A model generated the notes under the pieces. It did no database searches. It saw nothing but the letters and a program-made list of their open reading frames with translations, and was not told the origin of the DNA. A DNA stretch of 64,000 nucleotides from Calditrichia bacterium (GTDB lineage: Bacteria > Calditrichota > Calditrichia > JAJRVZ01): positions 64,001-128,000 of the forward strand of contig CAVZSQ010000019.1 of the NCBI GenBank assembly GCA_963777955.1, written 5' to 3'. How positions within the stretch are numbered: position 1 is the first letter of the stretch; every line of letters starts with the position of its first letter. Positions 29,415 to 41,509 of this stretch are shown here, in pieces. The position numbers and the translations under genes are program-made.

Positions 29415-31271
29415 ATGATCAAGCATTTACTATGTACATCTGTGTTTTTTATATTCATCCTGATATCATGCGATGACATGACCTATGTGCCCGAAAAGGA
29501 AAATGTGGTTGATATTGAAAAACCGGATTACACGGATGTGAATATCGACTTTTCACAGTCAGCCGACACCCTGGTTTTGTGGGGTGAAACAGTATTACAT
29601 TACGATATAAATCCCGGAAATAAAACACTTGATCGCTTGGATATTTATATTGATGATCAAAAAGATCAATCGACGACAGATTTAAAAGATGCTACCCTTA
29701 ATACCCTGTCGTATACAAATGGCCTGCATACACTTCGCTTCGAGGCATACGTACACTCTGGAAATAACAGCCTGGTTGATAAATTAGGGTTAGAGACAGC
29801 ATTATTTTCCTATAACGTACCAGTCAGAATAGACAATGCAGTTCCGGTGCCAATTACTATAAGTAATTTTGAAACCTCCAACGGAATGTTAAAAATAACA
29901 TGGCCCAAATATGACCATATTAACTTTCAAGAGTATCAGGTCTATATTAATGGTTCCAAAGAATGGATTATAGACTCATCACAAACAAATTATTTCTATG
30001 ATTCAAAATTCAACGGCATCAATACTTACTACCAGATTAATATTAAAGCTGGTGGTAAAACTATTCAGGGTATATCCGTAGCCTATAGTGATTATATACA
30101 TTTAGTCAGTTTAAATCTTGACGAACAGAAAAGAATGGTTTTCGAGTGGGAGAAATTTAAATATGATCATAATTTTATCTCTTATAAAATAGTAAAAGGA
30201 GAGAGTACCGTTATTGCGGAAATTCCAGATGTCAAAACAACTACATATGTGGCTAGTGAAGTACCTTTTGGAGATGAAATTCAATATCACATTGAAATCT
30301 ACATAAATAATTATGAGGGCAGTCTATATAAAACCAACAGTTTGAAAATCTACATTGGTGAGAAAACACTAATAGATCTTCGTTCTATTTTCTTTGATCA
30401 GCAAACAAATTCTTATTTGTGCAATACCGGTGGTAGGATAGTACGTTATGATGATAAATTTAGCACAATTTTATCTGAATCTGATCTCACGGATGGACTA
30501 GGGGGAATTTATTTTTCTCATAATCGCTTGTTCGGTACAAGTGTGACTAAAATTATCGAACTTGATCCGGTCACCTTAGATTCTTTAACCACTCTCAGAA
30601 CCGAAGAATTTGGTACAGAATTTCCAATAATTCCCGGCCAGATTGCATACATTCCTGATAATAAATTACTCTTCTATGCATTTAAATTTTACTCAGCTTC
30701 ATTATATTCAGATAAAACTTACCTTGTAGATCTCATCAATAAACAGATTCTTGACAGTGCATACTATGTACACCAAATAAACTACATTTGGGTCTCAGGC
30801 AGGATGATCGAAGAATATACAGATGCATATTCGATTAAAGATCTCTCCACAGACGGGAATTATGTACTGCTTTATTATCAATCGATTTCTAACATTAATT
30901 TTCTTTATGATATATCCGACGACTCATTCCGGCAAGTGTGCGAAATATCTCATCATGAAGTCTGCTTTTATAATCCAGCAAATTGTTTCATTGAAGCAAC
31001 AGACGGTAAAATTATATTACGGAATAATACTGATGGATCTGTAAATAAGGAAATATTTCTGGGATTTTCAAATCTTTATAATCCGGTTATCGATCCAGTT
31101 ACCAATTATTTGGGTGGCATAGATCCTGATTCTTCTTATTATACAATCATCGATATCCCCTCCTCACAGATAATTAAAAGAATAAAAATCGACAATATCT
31201 ATCTTAATCTATGTTTATTAAATTCCACACTTTTCAGTCAATCTGGCTTTTACATGCCTATTGAGTGGTAG
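29415..31271 (+). CDS. AT-rich lipoprotein with Ig/Fn3-like domains and beta-propeller
   Basis: Lipobox LISC, 'NGLHTLRFEAY', two Fn3-like units ('LKITWPKY...FQEYQVY' and 'FEWEKF...FISYKI'). Confidence 0.75.
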   Translation: MIKHLLCTSVFFIFILISCDDMTYVPEKENVVDIEKPDYTDVNIDFSQSADTLVLWGETVLHYDINPGNKTLDRLDIYIDDQKDQSTTDLKDATLNTLSYTNGLHTLRFEAYVHSGNNSLVDKLGLETALFSYNVPVRIDNAVPVPITISNFETSNGMLKITWPKYDHINFQEYQVYINGSKEWIIDSSQTNYFYDSKFNGINTYYQINIKAGGKTIQGISVAYSDYIHLVSLNLDEQKRMVFEWEKFKYDHNFISYKIVKGESTVIAEIPDVKTTTYVASEVPFGDEIQYHIEIYINNYEGSLYKTNSLKIYIGEKTLIDLRSIFFDQQTNSYLCNTGGRIVRYDDKFSTILSESDLTDGLGGIYFSHNRLFGTSVTKIIELDPVTLDSLTTLRTEEFGTEFPIIPGQIAYIPDNKLLFYAFKFYSASLYSDKTYLVDLINKQILDSAYYVHQINYIWVSGRMIEEYTDAYSIKDLSTDGNYVLLYYQSISNINFLYDISDDSFRQVCEISHHEVCFYNPANCFIEATDGKIILRNNTDGSVNKEIFLGFSNLYNPVIDPVTNYLGGIDPDSSYYTIIDIPSSQIIKRIKIDNIYLNLCLLNSTLFSQSGFYMPIEW

Positions 31272-31277
31272 GGAAAT

Positions 31278-32013
31278 ATGAAAAAATATATCAGGCTAAG
31301 TCTAGTACTGTTACTGGTAAATTATTCAGAGCTCCCTCGCTCAAGGTATATCTTTCCGTTTTCAAACGGGATACAATATGCAGAATATGGAGCAGTTAAA
31401 AAAAATGCAAAAGGGATTGGCCGAGTCCATACGCGAAGAAACTGGCATCCCGGTTGAAGTGGTAAACGACTTCCCATCTTTCTATAATTTTCAGGTACAA
31501 TTCCTGGTAACTACGCCTGAATTATTCAGCACAGGGCTTTATTTCGATTTTTATTCAACCGGCGGCAGAATACACTATGAAGATTACTCCGGTCAATATG
31601 GCTTTGACCAAACTATAACCCAGATGACAATAGGGGGGATAATTGAAAAAAACTTTTTCAGGTTTGCACAAGTACATTTCATTTCTGTCATTTTAAAAGG
31701 TTTTGTATCAAGAAATGACTTAAAGAATAAAAATTACCTTTTAATTGATAATTCTATCAGTAAACAAATTTATAAATTTAACGCTCTCTCTGTGGGTATG
31801 CAACCTGCCCTTGGTTATGCTTATAAATTTTATTTTCTTTCTATTGGATTGGAATTAGGATATAAAGTGGATTTCTCAGGATTATTTCATTTGGCTGGTG
31901 ACGAGAATGCATATTTAGTTTATAATAATCAGCCAATTCATCCACAATGGGATGGTTTGAATATCAGTTTAACGCTCGGCTTAGGATTATTTTCCAATTC
32001 GTCTGACAAATAA
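31278..32013 (+). CDS. Outer-membrane beta-barrel protein; +1 frameshift at ~31335
   Basis: ATG 31278 starts a signal peptide (MKKYIRLSLVLLLV) that joins ORF 31378-32013. Motifs 'STGGRIHYEDYSG' and 'WDGLNISLTLGL'. Confidence 0.7.
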
Positions 32014-32067
32014 GATGTCATATAAAAGAAATTGGCTGGAATGTCATACAAGTATATGGGTAACTAA

Positions 32068-32715
32068 TTGAAGTTTAAATCGATTTTAGTACTGCTATTT
32101 TTACCTGCATTATTGAGCGCCCAGGGGAAATATATAAAGAGCGAGAACAATGGAGTATGTTTAAGCGGGGGTTACGTTAAAGATGATTTCTCCGGTGCAT
32201 TTAATTTAAAATTGGGATATTCATTTCATGGATTTACCGACATCGGTCTGGCTTATTCCAGAATATCTTTAGACGATGCCAGTAGTCTGGTTGGCAACTT
32301 CTATGGTTTGAATTTAAATCTTCATTTGTTTAAGCAGCGCCCGGCATTACCTATTTCATTTTTAGTATCGACTTCCTATAGTCTGGGAGGATATTCAAGT
32401 GAATTTTTAGAACATAATAACCCAGAAATTCAAGCCTCTGCTTTTAGTTTTGGTGGAACGATCTATGGTGTGTTGAGTCAGGGACATCAGATCGAAATAA
32501 TGCCAGAATTAGGTCTTGGTTATACCATGGCATCTGCCCAGATCGTAAACAGTAATGCGTCCGTAGATAAGTCGGCTGCCAGTATGTATATGAGTATTTC
32601 ATTGATTTTTTTTGAAAGTGACCGAAACCTTTTTGTGGTTACCCCTGGCATTACGGGTGCTGAAGGGAATATAGCATATTGGATTGAAGTAAATATAGTA
32701 CGAATTCTAGATTGA
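32068..32715 (+). CDS. Probable outer-membrane beta-barrel protein
   Basis: Signal peptide and amphipathic strands ('LGYSFHGFTDIGLAYS'). Confidence 0.65.
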   Translation: MKFKSILVLLFLPALLSAQGKYIKSENNGVCLSGGYVKDDFSGAFNLKLGYSFHGFTDIGLAYSRISLDDASSLVGNFYGLNLNLHLFKQRPALPISFLVSTSYSLGGYSSEFLEHNNPEIQASAFSFGGTIYGVLSQGHQIEIMPELGLGYTMASAQIVNSNASVDKSAASMYMSISLIFFESDRNLFVVTPGITGAEGNIAYWIEVNIVRILD

Positions 32716-32805
32716 TGAAGATAATTAATTATTAATCCATATTACTTGTCTTCTGCTTCGTGTTAATTTCTGTTCATCACTTTAATACCCTGCAATTCAA
32801 AATCA

Positions 32806-32847
32806 GCTGAACGCAGCATAAGTAAATTTACCTCTGCTGCGTCCAGC
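32806..32847. terminator. Stem-loop between convergent genes
   Basis: GCTGAACGCAGCA...GTAAATTTAC...TGCTGCGTCCAGC inverted repeat, 12 bp from the giant gene's stop. Confidence 0.55.
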
Positions 32848-32859
32848 GATTCTTCTTCC

Positions 32860-35800
32860 CTACTTATTCAACAACATCTTGTGCACACCGTGAAAATCAC
32901 CGGCAGTAATTCTGTAAAAATACGTGCCGCTGGCTAAATCCGCAGCATTGAACTGGTAAACATGCGCTCCGGCCTCCTGCTGTTCATTCACCAGCGTGCG
33001 AACTAACTGACCGAGTACATTATATACATCCAGTTTAACACGCGCGTTTTTAGGCAGATCATATTTTATAAAGGTAACCGGATTGAAGGGATTGGGATAA
33101 TTATTATAAATCTGAAATTTTTTCGGTACATAATCCTGGCTGAGCGGATTCTCTTCTATTCCCACCACCCCGGTTGAGTCGTATTCATCTGCACCTATGT
33201 CCGGATAAGTTGCATTCCTTAATTCACCGTCAATATCATAAAGCACCAGGGCCAGAGGAGTAGCGGAGCTGTCTACCAAGGCCGAAATTGCATGCAGGTC
33301 GGTTGCTGATTTATATCCTGGGTTTGTGGATATCGAATGCGCATCCATGCCACTGGCAGTTCTGAAATCTGCCAGGGTAGCCTGGTTGCTATTCCAGTAG
33401 CCTACGGTAGAACCATAAACAAAAAGATCATTATAATCACTGCTATTTATTGCCCCAGGCGAATAGGCATAATAGGAATATCCTGTACCTTTATTGACCA
33501 GCAGGTTGTTAACCACATTAATTCCGGAACCGGCATATATATATAGAGCAGACGCCTGGTTATAAGCTGCTGGTTACATTTACACTGTTGTAATACACAT
33601 CCTGGTTGGTATCGTTGTACAGGTACAAGCCCTGATTACTGCCCGTCCCCGTGGTGATGAAATTATTGGCGACCAGGCCGCGGGCCGTGCCGATTCCTGT
33701 GCCCCCCGTGCAACTGTACAGGTATATCCCGTAACTGGATCCGCTGACCCGGTTGGACGTTACCTCCAGAGCATCACTGCAACTCTGCAGATAAAATCCA
33801 TAGGACGGCGAGTTATTCACCACATTGTTCCTTACTTTCAAATCCTTCTCATACAGCAAATAAGCACCATAGGAATACTGGTTGTCAAACTGGTTACCCT
33901 CAATCAGCGTGCCGCTGTTTGGCTCACTGCCGCTCGCACCGCTCTGGCTTATTCCGTATGAACCGTAACTGAACAGGTTGCCCTGCAAACGACGCGATGA
34001 ACTGAGCGCGTTAGAAGCATAATACAATGTTGCATTGCCGCTGCTGCTGCTGGGACCGCTAAGTTTACAATCCACCAGGTAAAAATCCTGTACCCCGCCG
34101 GTCAGGTATAAACACGTACTGTAGGTGGCATTGTTGGCCGTATTCCCGGCAAAACCCAGTCATTTAAACGCACAAAATCCGCACCCTCTAAATATAAAAC
34201 ATAATTGTCCGAACTGCCCCCGGCCGTGTAATACAGCGTCACGTTATCGCGGTTGCCCGATTCCGAACGAAAAATAACCGGACGGTTGGCCGCGCTGCCC
34301 GGCACCGTGTATAATACCTCATGAACATTATATGTCCCGTTGCGGATCTCCAGTGATACCGAGTCCGAAATCCCCTTCAGCAACAGATCGTCAATGGCCT
34401 CACCAACCGTGGCATAATCCGGACTGCTGCCGCCCACCGTGTAGGTGCCGGCCAGCGGTGTGGTCGTCCCTACTGCCGGCGTGAATTCATCCGCACCGAT
34501 ATCCGGCGTGCTGGCATGCCGCGTCTCGCCGTCCAGATCCGTCGTTACCGAACCCACCGCATTACCTTTGCCGTTCAGCCAGGCACCTAATGTATGCAAA
34601 TCACTCTCAGACGTGAAATTCGGATATACCGATACCGAATGCGCTTCCATTCCGCTGGCCGTACGGTAGGACGCCAGATCATACTGGTTCACATTATTCC
34701 AGTTGCCCACATAATTCCCGTTGGAAAACAGATTGTTATAATCGCTGACGCTCAGCGCCGACGGTGAATAGATATACAGCGCATAGCCATAACCGCTGTG
34801 CATCAGATTATTGTTCCGCACATTATTGGTACCGCCGGCATAAAAATACATCGCCGAACTGCTGGTGGAGTTGGATTGAATGTGGATACTGTTGTAATAC
34901 ACATCCTGGTTGGTATCGTTGTACAGGTACAAACCCTGATTACTGCCCGTACCCGTGGTGATGAAATTATTGGCGACCAGGCCGCGGGCCGTGCCGATTC
35001 CCGTGCCACCCGTGCAACTGTACAGATATATTCCGTAATTGGATGCACTGACCCGGTTGGACGTTACCTCCAGAGCATCACTGCAACTCTGCAGGTATAA
35101 TCCATAGGACGGCGAGTTATTCACCACATTGTTCCTTACTTTCAAATCCTTCTCATACAGCAAATAAGCACCATAGGAATACTGGTTGTCAAACTGGTTG
35201 CCCTCAATCAGCGTGCCGCTGTTTGGCTCACTGCCGCTCGCACCGCTCTGGCTTATTCCGTATGAACCGTAACTGAACAGGTTGCCCTGCAAACGACGCG
35301 ATGAACTGAGCGCGTTAGAAGCATAATACAATGTTGCATTGCCGCTGCTGCTGCTGGGACCGCTAAGTTTACAATCCACCAGGTAAAAATCCTGTACCCC
35401 GCCGGTCAGGTATAAACACGTACTGTAGGTGGCATTGTTGGCCGTATTCCCGGCAAAACCCAGGTCATTTAAACGCACAAAATCCGCACCCTCTAAATAT
35501 AAAACATAATTGTCCGAACTGCCCCCGGCCGTGTAATACAGCGTCACGTTATCGCGGTTGCCCGATTCCGAACGAAAAATAACCGGACGGTTGGCCGCGC
35601 TGCCCGGCACCGTGTATAATACCTCATGAACATTATATGTCCCGTTGCGGATCTCCAGTGATACCGAGTCCGAAACCCCCTTCAACAACAGATCGTCAAT
35701 GGCCTCACCAACCGTGGCATAATCCGGACTGCTGCCGCCCACCGTGTAGGTGCCGGCCAGCGGTGTGGTCGTCCCTACTGCCGGCGTGAATTCATCCGCA

Positions 35801-38427
35801 CCGATATCCGGCGTGCTGGCATGCCGCGTCTCGCCGTCCAGATCCGTCGTTACCGAACCCAGCGCATTACCTTTGCCGTTCAGCCAGGCACCTAATGTAT
35901 GCAAATCACTCTCAGACGTGAAATTCGGATATACCGATACAGAATTCGCTTCCATTCCGCTGGCCGTACGGTAGGACGCCAGATCATACTGGTTCACATT
36001 ATTCCAGTTGCCCACATAATTCCCGTTGGAAAACAGATTGTTATAATCGCTGACGCTCAGCGCCGACGGTGAATAGATATACAGCGCATAGCCATAACCG
36101 CTGTGCAGCAGATTATTGTTCCGCACATTATTGGTACCGCCGGCATAAAAATACATCGCCGAACTGCTGGTGGAGTTGGATTGAATGTGGATACTGTTGT
36201 AATACACATCCTGGTTGGTATCGTTGTACAGGTACAACCCCTGATTACTGCCCGTACCCGTGGTGATGAAATTATTGGCGACCAGGCCGCGGGCCGTGCC
36301 GATTCCTGTGCCCCCCGTGCAACTGTACAGATATATTCCGTAATTGGATCCACTGACCCGGTTGGCCGTTACCTCCAGAGCATCACTGCAACTCTGCAGA
36401 TAAAATCCATAGGACGGCGAGTTATTCACCACATTGTTCCTTACTTTCAAATCCTTCTCATACAGCAAATAAGCACCATAGGAATACTGGTTGTCAAACT
36501 GGTTACCCTCAATCAGCGTGCCGCTGTTTGGCTCACTGCCGCTCGCACCGCTCTGGCTTATTCCGTATGAACCGTAACTGAACAGGTTGCCCTGCAAACG
36601 ACGCGATGAACTGAGCGCGTTAGAAGCATAATACAATGTTGCATTGCCGCTGCTGCTGCTGGGACCGCTAAGTTTACAATCCACCAGGTAAAAATCCTGT
36701 ACCCCGCCGGTCAGGTATAAACACGTACTGTAGGTGGCATTGTTGGCCGTATTCCCGGCAAAACCCAGGTCCTTTAAACGCACAAAATCCGCACCCTCTA
36801 AATATAAAACATAATTGTCCGAACTGCCCCCGGCCGTGTAATACAGCGTCACGTTATCGCGGTTGCCCGATTCCGAACGAAAAATAACCGGACGGTTGGC
36901 CGCGCTGCCCGGCACCGTGTATAATACCTCATGAACATTATATGTCCCGTTGCGGATCTCCAGTGATACCGAGTCCGAAACCCCCTTCAACAACAGATCG
37001 TCAATGGCCTCACCAACCGTGGCATAATCCGGACTGCTGCCGCCCACCGTGTAGGTGCCGGCCAGCGGTGTGGTCGTCCCTACTGCCGGCGTGAATTCAT
37101 CCGCACCGATATCCGGCGTGCTGGCATGCCGCGTCTCGCCGTCCAGATCCGTCGTTACCGAACCCAGCGCATTACCTTTGCCGTTCAGCCAGGCACCTAA
37201 TGTATGCAAATCACTCTCAGACGTGAAATTCGGATACACCGATACAGAATTCGCTTCCATTCCGCTGGCCGTACGGTAGGACGCCAGATCATACTGGTTC
37301 ACATTATTCCAGTTGCCCACATAATTCCCGTTGGAAAACAGATTGTTATAATCGCTGACGCTCAGCGCCGACGGTGAATAGATATACAGCGCATAGCCAT
37401 AACCGCTGTGCAGCAGATTATTGTTCCGCACATTATTGGTACCGCCGGCATAAAAATACATCGCCGAACTGCTGGTGGAGTTGGATTGAATGTGGATACT
37501 GTTGTAATACACATCCTGGTTGGTATCGTTGTACAGGTACAAGCCCTGATTACTGCCCGTACCCGTGGTGATGAAATTGTTGGCGATCAGGCCGCGGGCC
37601 GTGCCGATCCCCGTGCCCCCCGTGCAACTGTACAGGTATATTCCGTAACTGGATGCGCTGACCCGGTTGGACGTAATTTTCAATTCGTCATTACAATAAT
37701 AGAGATACATACCATAGCCGGGGGAGCCTGTTATTACATTTTGATTAATTACAGGCGAATCCTGGTAACTGAGGTAGATACTGTACGTACCTTGATTATT
37801 AAATGTACAATTTTGAACCTGGTTTGCATTGCTGAGACTGGTGGTATTGAGCCCCCCCAGATAAATTCCATAGTAACCGCTGTTCAGGGTAGAGTTCTGG
37901 ACTACAATATTATTTACTACGGTATTATATGAATAGACCAGGCTATGATTCGCACCGTTGGTTCCGCCGCCGTTCAAAACCGAATTGGTTATATTGATGT
38001 GCTGGCTGGAATTGGCCAGGTCAAAAACTATGCCGTAGGAAGTACCCAGAGCTGCCAGAGTGAGATTATTAAAATTAATATACGAAGCCCCATTTAACCG
38101 GACGACATAATTTGCCGGTGAAGTACTGGCCGAATAGGACAAGGTTACATTTGCCGCATTACCGGATTGAGCCTGGAAGGTAATGTTATTTGCTGCGCCG
38201 GCACCGCTGATCGCCGGAATTTCGATCTGTTCATTATAACTGCCTGTGATTACATTGAATGTAACTGCGCCGCTTACTCCTTGCGAGGACAAAGCACTGA
38301 CCGCGGCGGTGAAAGACGCATAACTCCCGCCGGAACCAATAGTATAGGCTCCGGATAACTGGGCCAGGGAACTACCAGACTGAAACATGATAAATACGGA
38401 AAGAAGTAACAGAAATAATCGATACAT
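32860..38427 (-). CDS. ~1855-aa secreted parallel beta-helix repeat protein with C-terminal sorting domain; compensating frameshifts at ~34159 and ~33565
   Basis: ORFs 34102-38427, 33560-34075 and 32860-33516 join into 5568 bp. Signal peptide, 'YGIYL' beta-helix repeats, 'D.DGE.R...PDIGADE' module ends, and 'NNYPNPFNP...KMLLNK'. Confidence 0.9.
33586..37675. repeat. Intragenic tandem repeat, 1305-bp (435-codon) unit, ~3.1 copies, near-identical
   Basis: Shadow ORFs recur at 34445, 35750 and 37055 and at 34764, 36069 and 37374, each offset by exactly 1305. Direct comparison shows only scattered substitutions. Confidence 0.97.
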
Positions 38428-38826
38428 TTTTTCCCCCTTTTAATACAATTGTTGAATTTTGTAAATTGTTGTTAATATTTGTGCAAACGAATTAGCCAAA
38501 AAAATATTCCCATCAACTTGACATTTGCCAGGTAAAGATTAATAATCAGAAAGAAAATCATCCGTGTGCAGTTAATCAGTTCACTGTTTTACAAGAATTG
38601 GATCATTGAAAATGAATTAATTAAAATACTTGCAAACAGAGTAATTAATTAGCAGATTAATAAAGTAGTATAAGTCCTTCCTTATTGCTTAAATAGAGTT
38701 ACAATCTTTCGATTTTGAAGTGCCGAACGAATATGCAGGAAAGTAAAAATCACTATCCTCGTCAGAAAGAAATTCAGTTCAATCAGGAAATGAAATAAAA
38801 TACAGATAATATTAAAATTCAGGAGG

Positions 38827-39547
38827 ATGTTTATGAAAAGGATTTATCTAATCGCTGTTCTTAGTATCCTGCTTATTTTCTTCTCATGCCAGGATAAAAA
38901 AGACCAGACCGCGCAAACCAAACCTGCTGAAGAAACCATCACTGCCAATATTCAGGTAAATGCCGTTTGCGTCTGGGATAAAGGTTCCCTGCGTGAAACA
39001 CCGGGTAGTGACGGCAAATGGCTGGGCTCGATGTCCTTAGCCGAAAAATTAATCTATACTGGTAACAGTAAAATTGACTCTTCGGGTAAACGACCCGTCA
39101 CTTTTTATCAGGTGAAATTGTCTGATGGAAAACCCGGCTGGGCTTCGGAATACACCGTTGAAATTAACGCCAGTCCGGCAATCGTAACGGAACGAACATA
39201 CCTGTACAAACGTCCTGATTTTTTGACCAAGTCCGACCTGGAGTTAGTACCGCTGGATTTTGTGGCCGCCAAGGCAGGAGAAAGACAACTGGGTGGAAGT
39301 TGTAGGAGCTGAAAAGAAAAAGAGCGGCTGGGTAAGCAAAAATTCACTATTGTTCTCTGAATTAAATATTGCCGTAGGGGTCCTGGGCCAGAAAGCCCTG
39401 AGCCAGCCCGACAGCAGTAAACGTATGGCTGAAATTAAGGCAATTATTGATAATCCGGCCTTTGGCAGTTCCATCTTTATAAATTATTTGAAAAATGAAT
39501 TGCCGGCCTACCAGGATAGTTCCCTGTATGATTCCGCAGGAGATTAA
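38827..39547 (+). CDS. Lipoprotein with two SH3-like domains; +1 frameshift at ~39273
   Basis: Lipobox FFSC, 'SLRETPG..GKW...FYQVKLSDGKPGWASE', and 'NWVEV...KSGWV' in the second frame. Confidence 0.75.
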
Positions 39548-39560
39548 ACAGAATACGGTT

Positions 39561-40307
39561 ATGAAGAAAATTCAAAATGAGAATAAGAAAATTCCCGGAC
39601 AGGAATCAAAATATACTGTTCTGATCACAGGTGCCAATCGTGGTCTCGGATTGGCCATGACCGCGGCCCTTCTTTTACAAGGACATCGGGTGGTGGCTAT
39701 CATCAGACACAACAATGACACGCTGCAGAATTTACTGGATAAACACAGCGACGCTTTATCTGTTTTCAATGCTGATGTGACCGATGAGGCAGCGGTTAAA
39801 AATGCAATAGCCGCAATATCAGATCGGATTAAGCACATCGATATTCTTATTAACAATGCCGCGGTCCATCTTGATCCGGAGCGACTGCTACTTGAACAGG
39901 TAGATTTCTCGGTATATTCCCGAACTTTTCTGGTAAATGCGATCTCTCCTCTCATAGTCATCAAATATGCCCTGCCGCTGGTTCGCCGGGGACAGAAAAA
40001 ATTGATTGTAAATGTTTCTTCTGAAGCAGGTTCCATTAGCCAGGCCTGGCGCAAAAGCGAATACGCTTATTGCATGTCCAAGAGCGCACTCAATATGGCC
40101 AGCCAGATCCTGCAAAATGATCTGCAGCGGGAGGGTATTAAAGTACTAGCGCTACACCCAGGCTGGTTCAGTTCGGATATGGGCGGGAAGGAAGCACCTA
40201 TTACTCCGGCCGCAGCTGCGGAACAGGTAGTATCCCTGTTATTGAAATCATTTGATCTTAAAGGCCCCATCTATTACGGACCTGCCGGCGAGGTACTGCC
40301 CTGGTGA
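39561..40307 (+). CDS. Short-chain dehydrogenase/reductase (C-factor/CsgA-like)
   Basis: ITGANRGLG, LINNAA, SSEAGS, YCMSK, LHPGW. Confidence 0.92.
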   Translation: MKKIQNENKKIPGQESKYTVLITGANRGLGLAMTAALLLQGHRVVAIIRHNNDTLQNLLDKHSDALSVFNADVTDEAAVKNAIAAISDRIKHIDILINNAAVHLDPERLLLEQVDFSVYSRTFLVNAISPLIVIKYALPLVRRGQKKLIVNVSSEAGSISQAWRKSEYAYCMSKSALNMASQILQNDLQREGIKVLALHPGWFSSDMGGKEAPITPAAAAEQVVSLLLKSFDLKGPIYYGPAGEVLPW

Positions 40308-40356
40308 AATAATTTTGCCAGTGTCGGTGAGGAGTCTATAACTTTATGGATAAAAT

Positions 40357-41042
40357 ATGCACTACCACATGTTAAAGAATTCTGTACGATATCAGGCGAT
40401 ATATATAACCGCAAAAGTGAAATATATTCTGAAAACCGCCCTTTACATTTTTTCGATATCCATTTTACTCACATCATGTGCTCACAATTTTTACAATTTT
40501 GGCATATACGAATCGAATTTCGGCGACAGTTATCTTTCTGATGGTTTAACCTTTGCATATAAATACCACATTTTAAATGAAACATCCAATCCGAGTTATG
40601 CCACTAAAGAAGCGAGCAGTCCGATTAAATTACTGGCCGTGAAGATAACCAACCGGACTGCCCGGACGATCCGGATTAGTGACGATATTATATTTCTTAA
40701 AAATAATCAGATAATTCAACCCAGCACATCGGATTTATTTTTAAAGAATGTGGAACAAAATTCACCGATCTATATTTTATACCTGGCCCTGACTCCCCTT
40801 AAATTAACTCATGCTACCCATACTTCCATTCAGTCTTATCCGATCGGTTTAATTCTTGGACCCGCACTCGCCTTTGGCAATATATTTACCGCGTCCAATG
40901 CGAATTCAAAATTACTAAATACTATAAATCAATACGATGTACTTTCCAGATGGATATTCAGAGTGGTGAAACCATCGCCGGCCTGTTATGTATTCCATCT
41001 TACGACTATGGTCCTGTTACTATACAGCTGAGGGAAGATTGA
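40357..41042 (+). CDS. Hypothetical lipoprotein; probable frameshift at ~40950, start uncertain
   Basis: Lipobox LTSC. The alternative frame gives a more protein-like ending, DIQSGETIAGLLCIPSYDYGPVTIQLRED*. Confidence 0.6.
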
Positions 41043-41118
41043 TTTTTCGATGTAGCCAGATAAAATTCAATCTTCAGCCAGATTTCAGGCAGCAAACTGT
41101 CCTTTAGAAATATTAGCC

Positions 41119-41377
41119 ATGTGTTAAAGTATTATCGCAGGTAATTATAGAGACGTCCTTTAAGAAATCACCCGACAGTCCGGAAAATGAAAGACTGACC
41201 CTGGAACAATATTATCAGAACATTTCGCTGGACGAAGTTGAATATCTTCACTTTGTTCCAGGTTTAAATCCGCCCACGGTTTATTTCAGGATAATCTTCG
41301 AAGGCGGCGAAGCAAAATTCGAACGTGACATCGACGACTGGAACTTCATCGAATCAAAACTAACCTGGATTGAATAG
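41119..41377 (+). CDS. Small hypothetical protein (~85 aa), missing from the ORF track
   Basis: Open frame VKVLSQVIIETSFKKSPDSPENERLTLEQYYQNISLDEVEYLHFVPGLNPPTVYFRIIFEGGEAKFERDIDDWNFIESKLTWIE*. The ATG at 41119 is one base out of frame. Confidence 0.5.
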
Positions 41378-41509
41378 ACAGCCTGTCCCGACCTGCCTGA
41401 AATATCTTTTCATTTTACTTGCTTGCAAATCCGATATTGCATAGGATATAATTATTATAATTTTTTGACCATTTTTGGATAGGTCGAATTAGCAAAAAGG
41501 ATATTTAGA

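Noticed and set aside
27662..32715. Integron cassette array
   Set aside because: I saw no repeated attC-like RYYYAAC...GTTRRRY elements between genes, and there is no integrase in the window.
33586..37675. Diversity-generating retroelement or CRISPR interpretation of the long repeats
   Set aside because: Units are in-frame 435-codon protein modules, the differences are not adenine-specific, there is no spacer structure, and no reverse transcriptase or cas gene is present.
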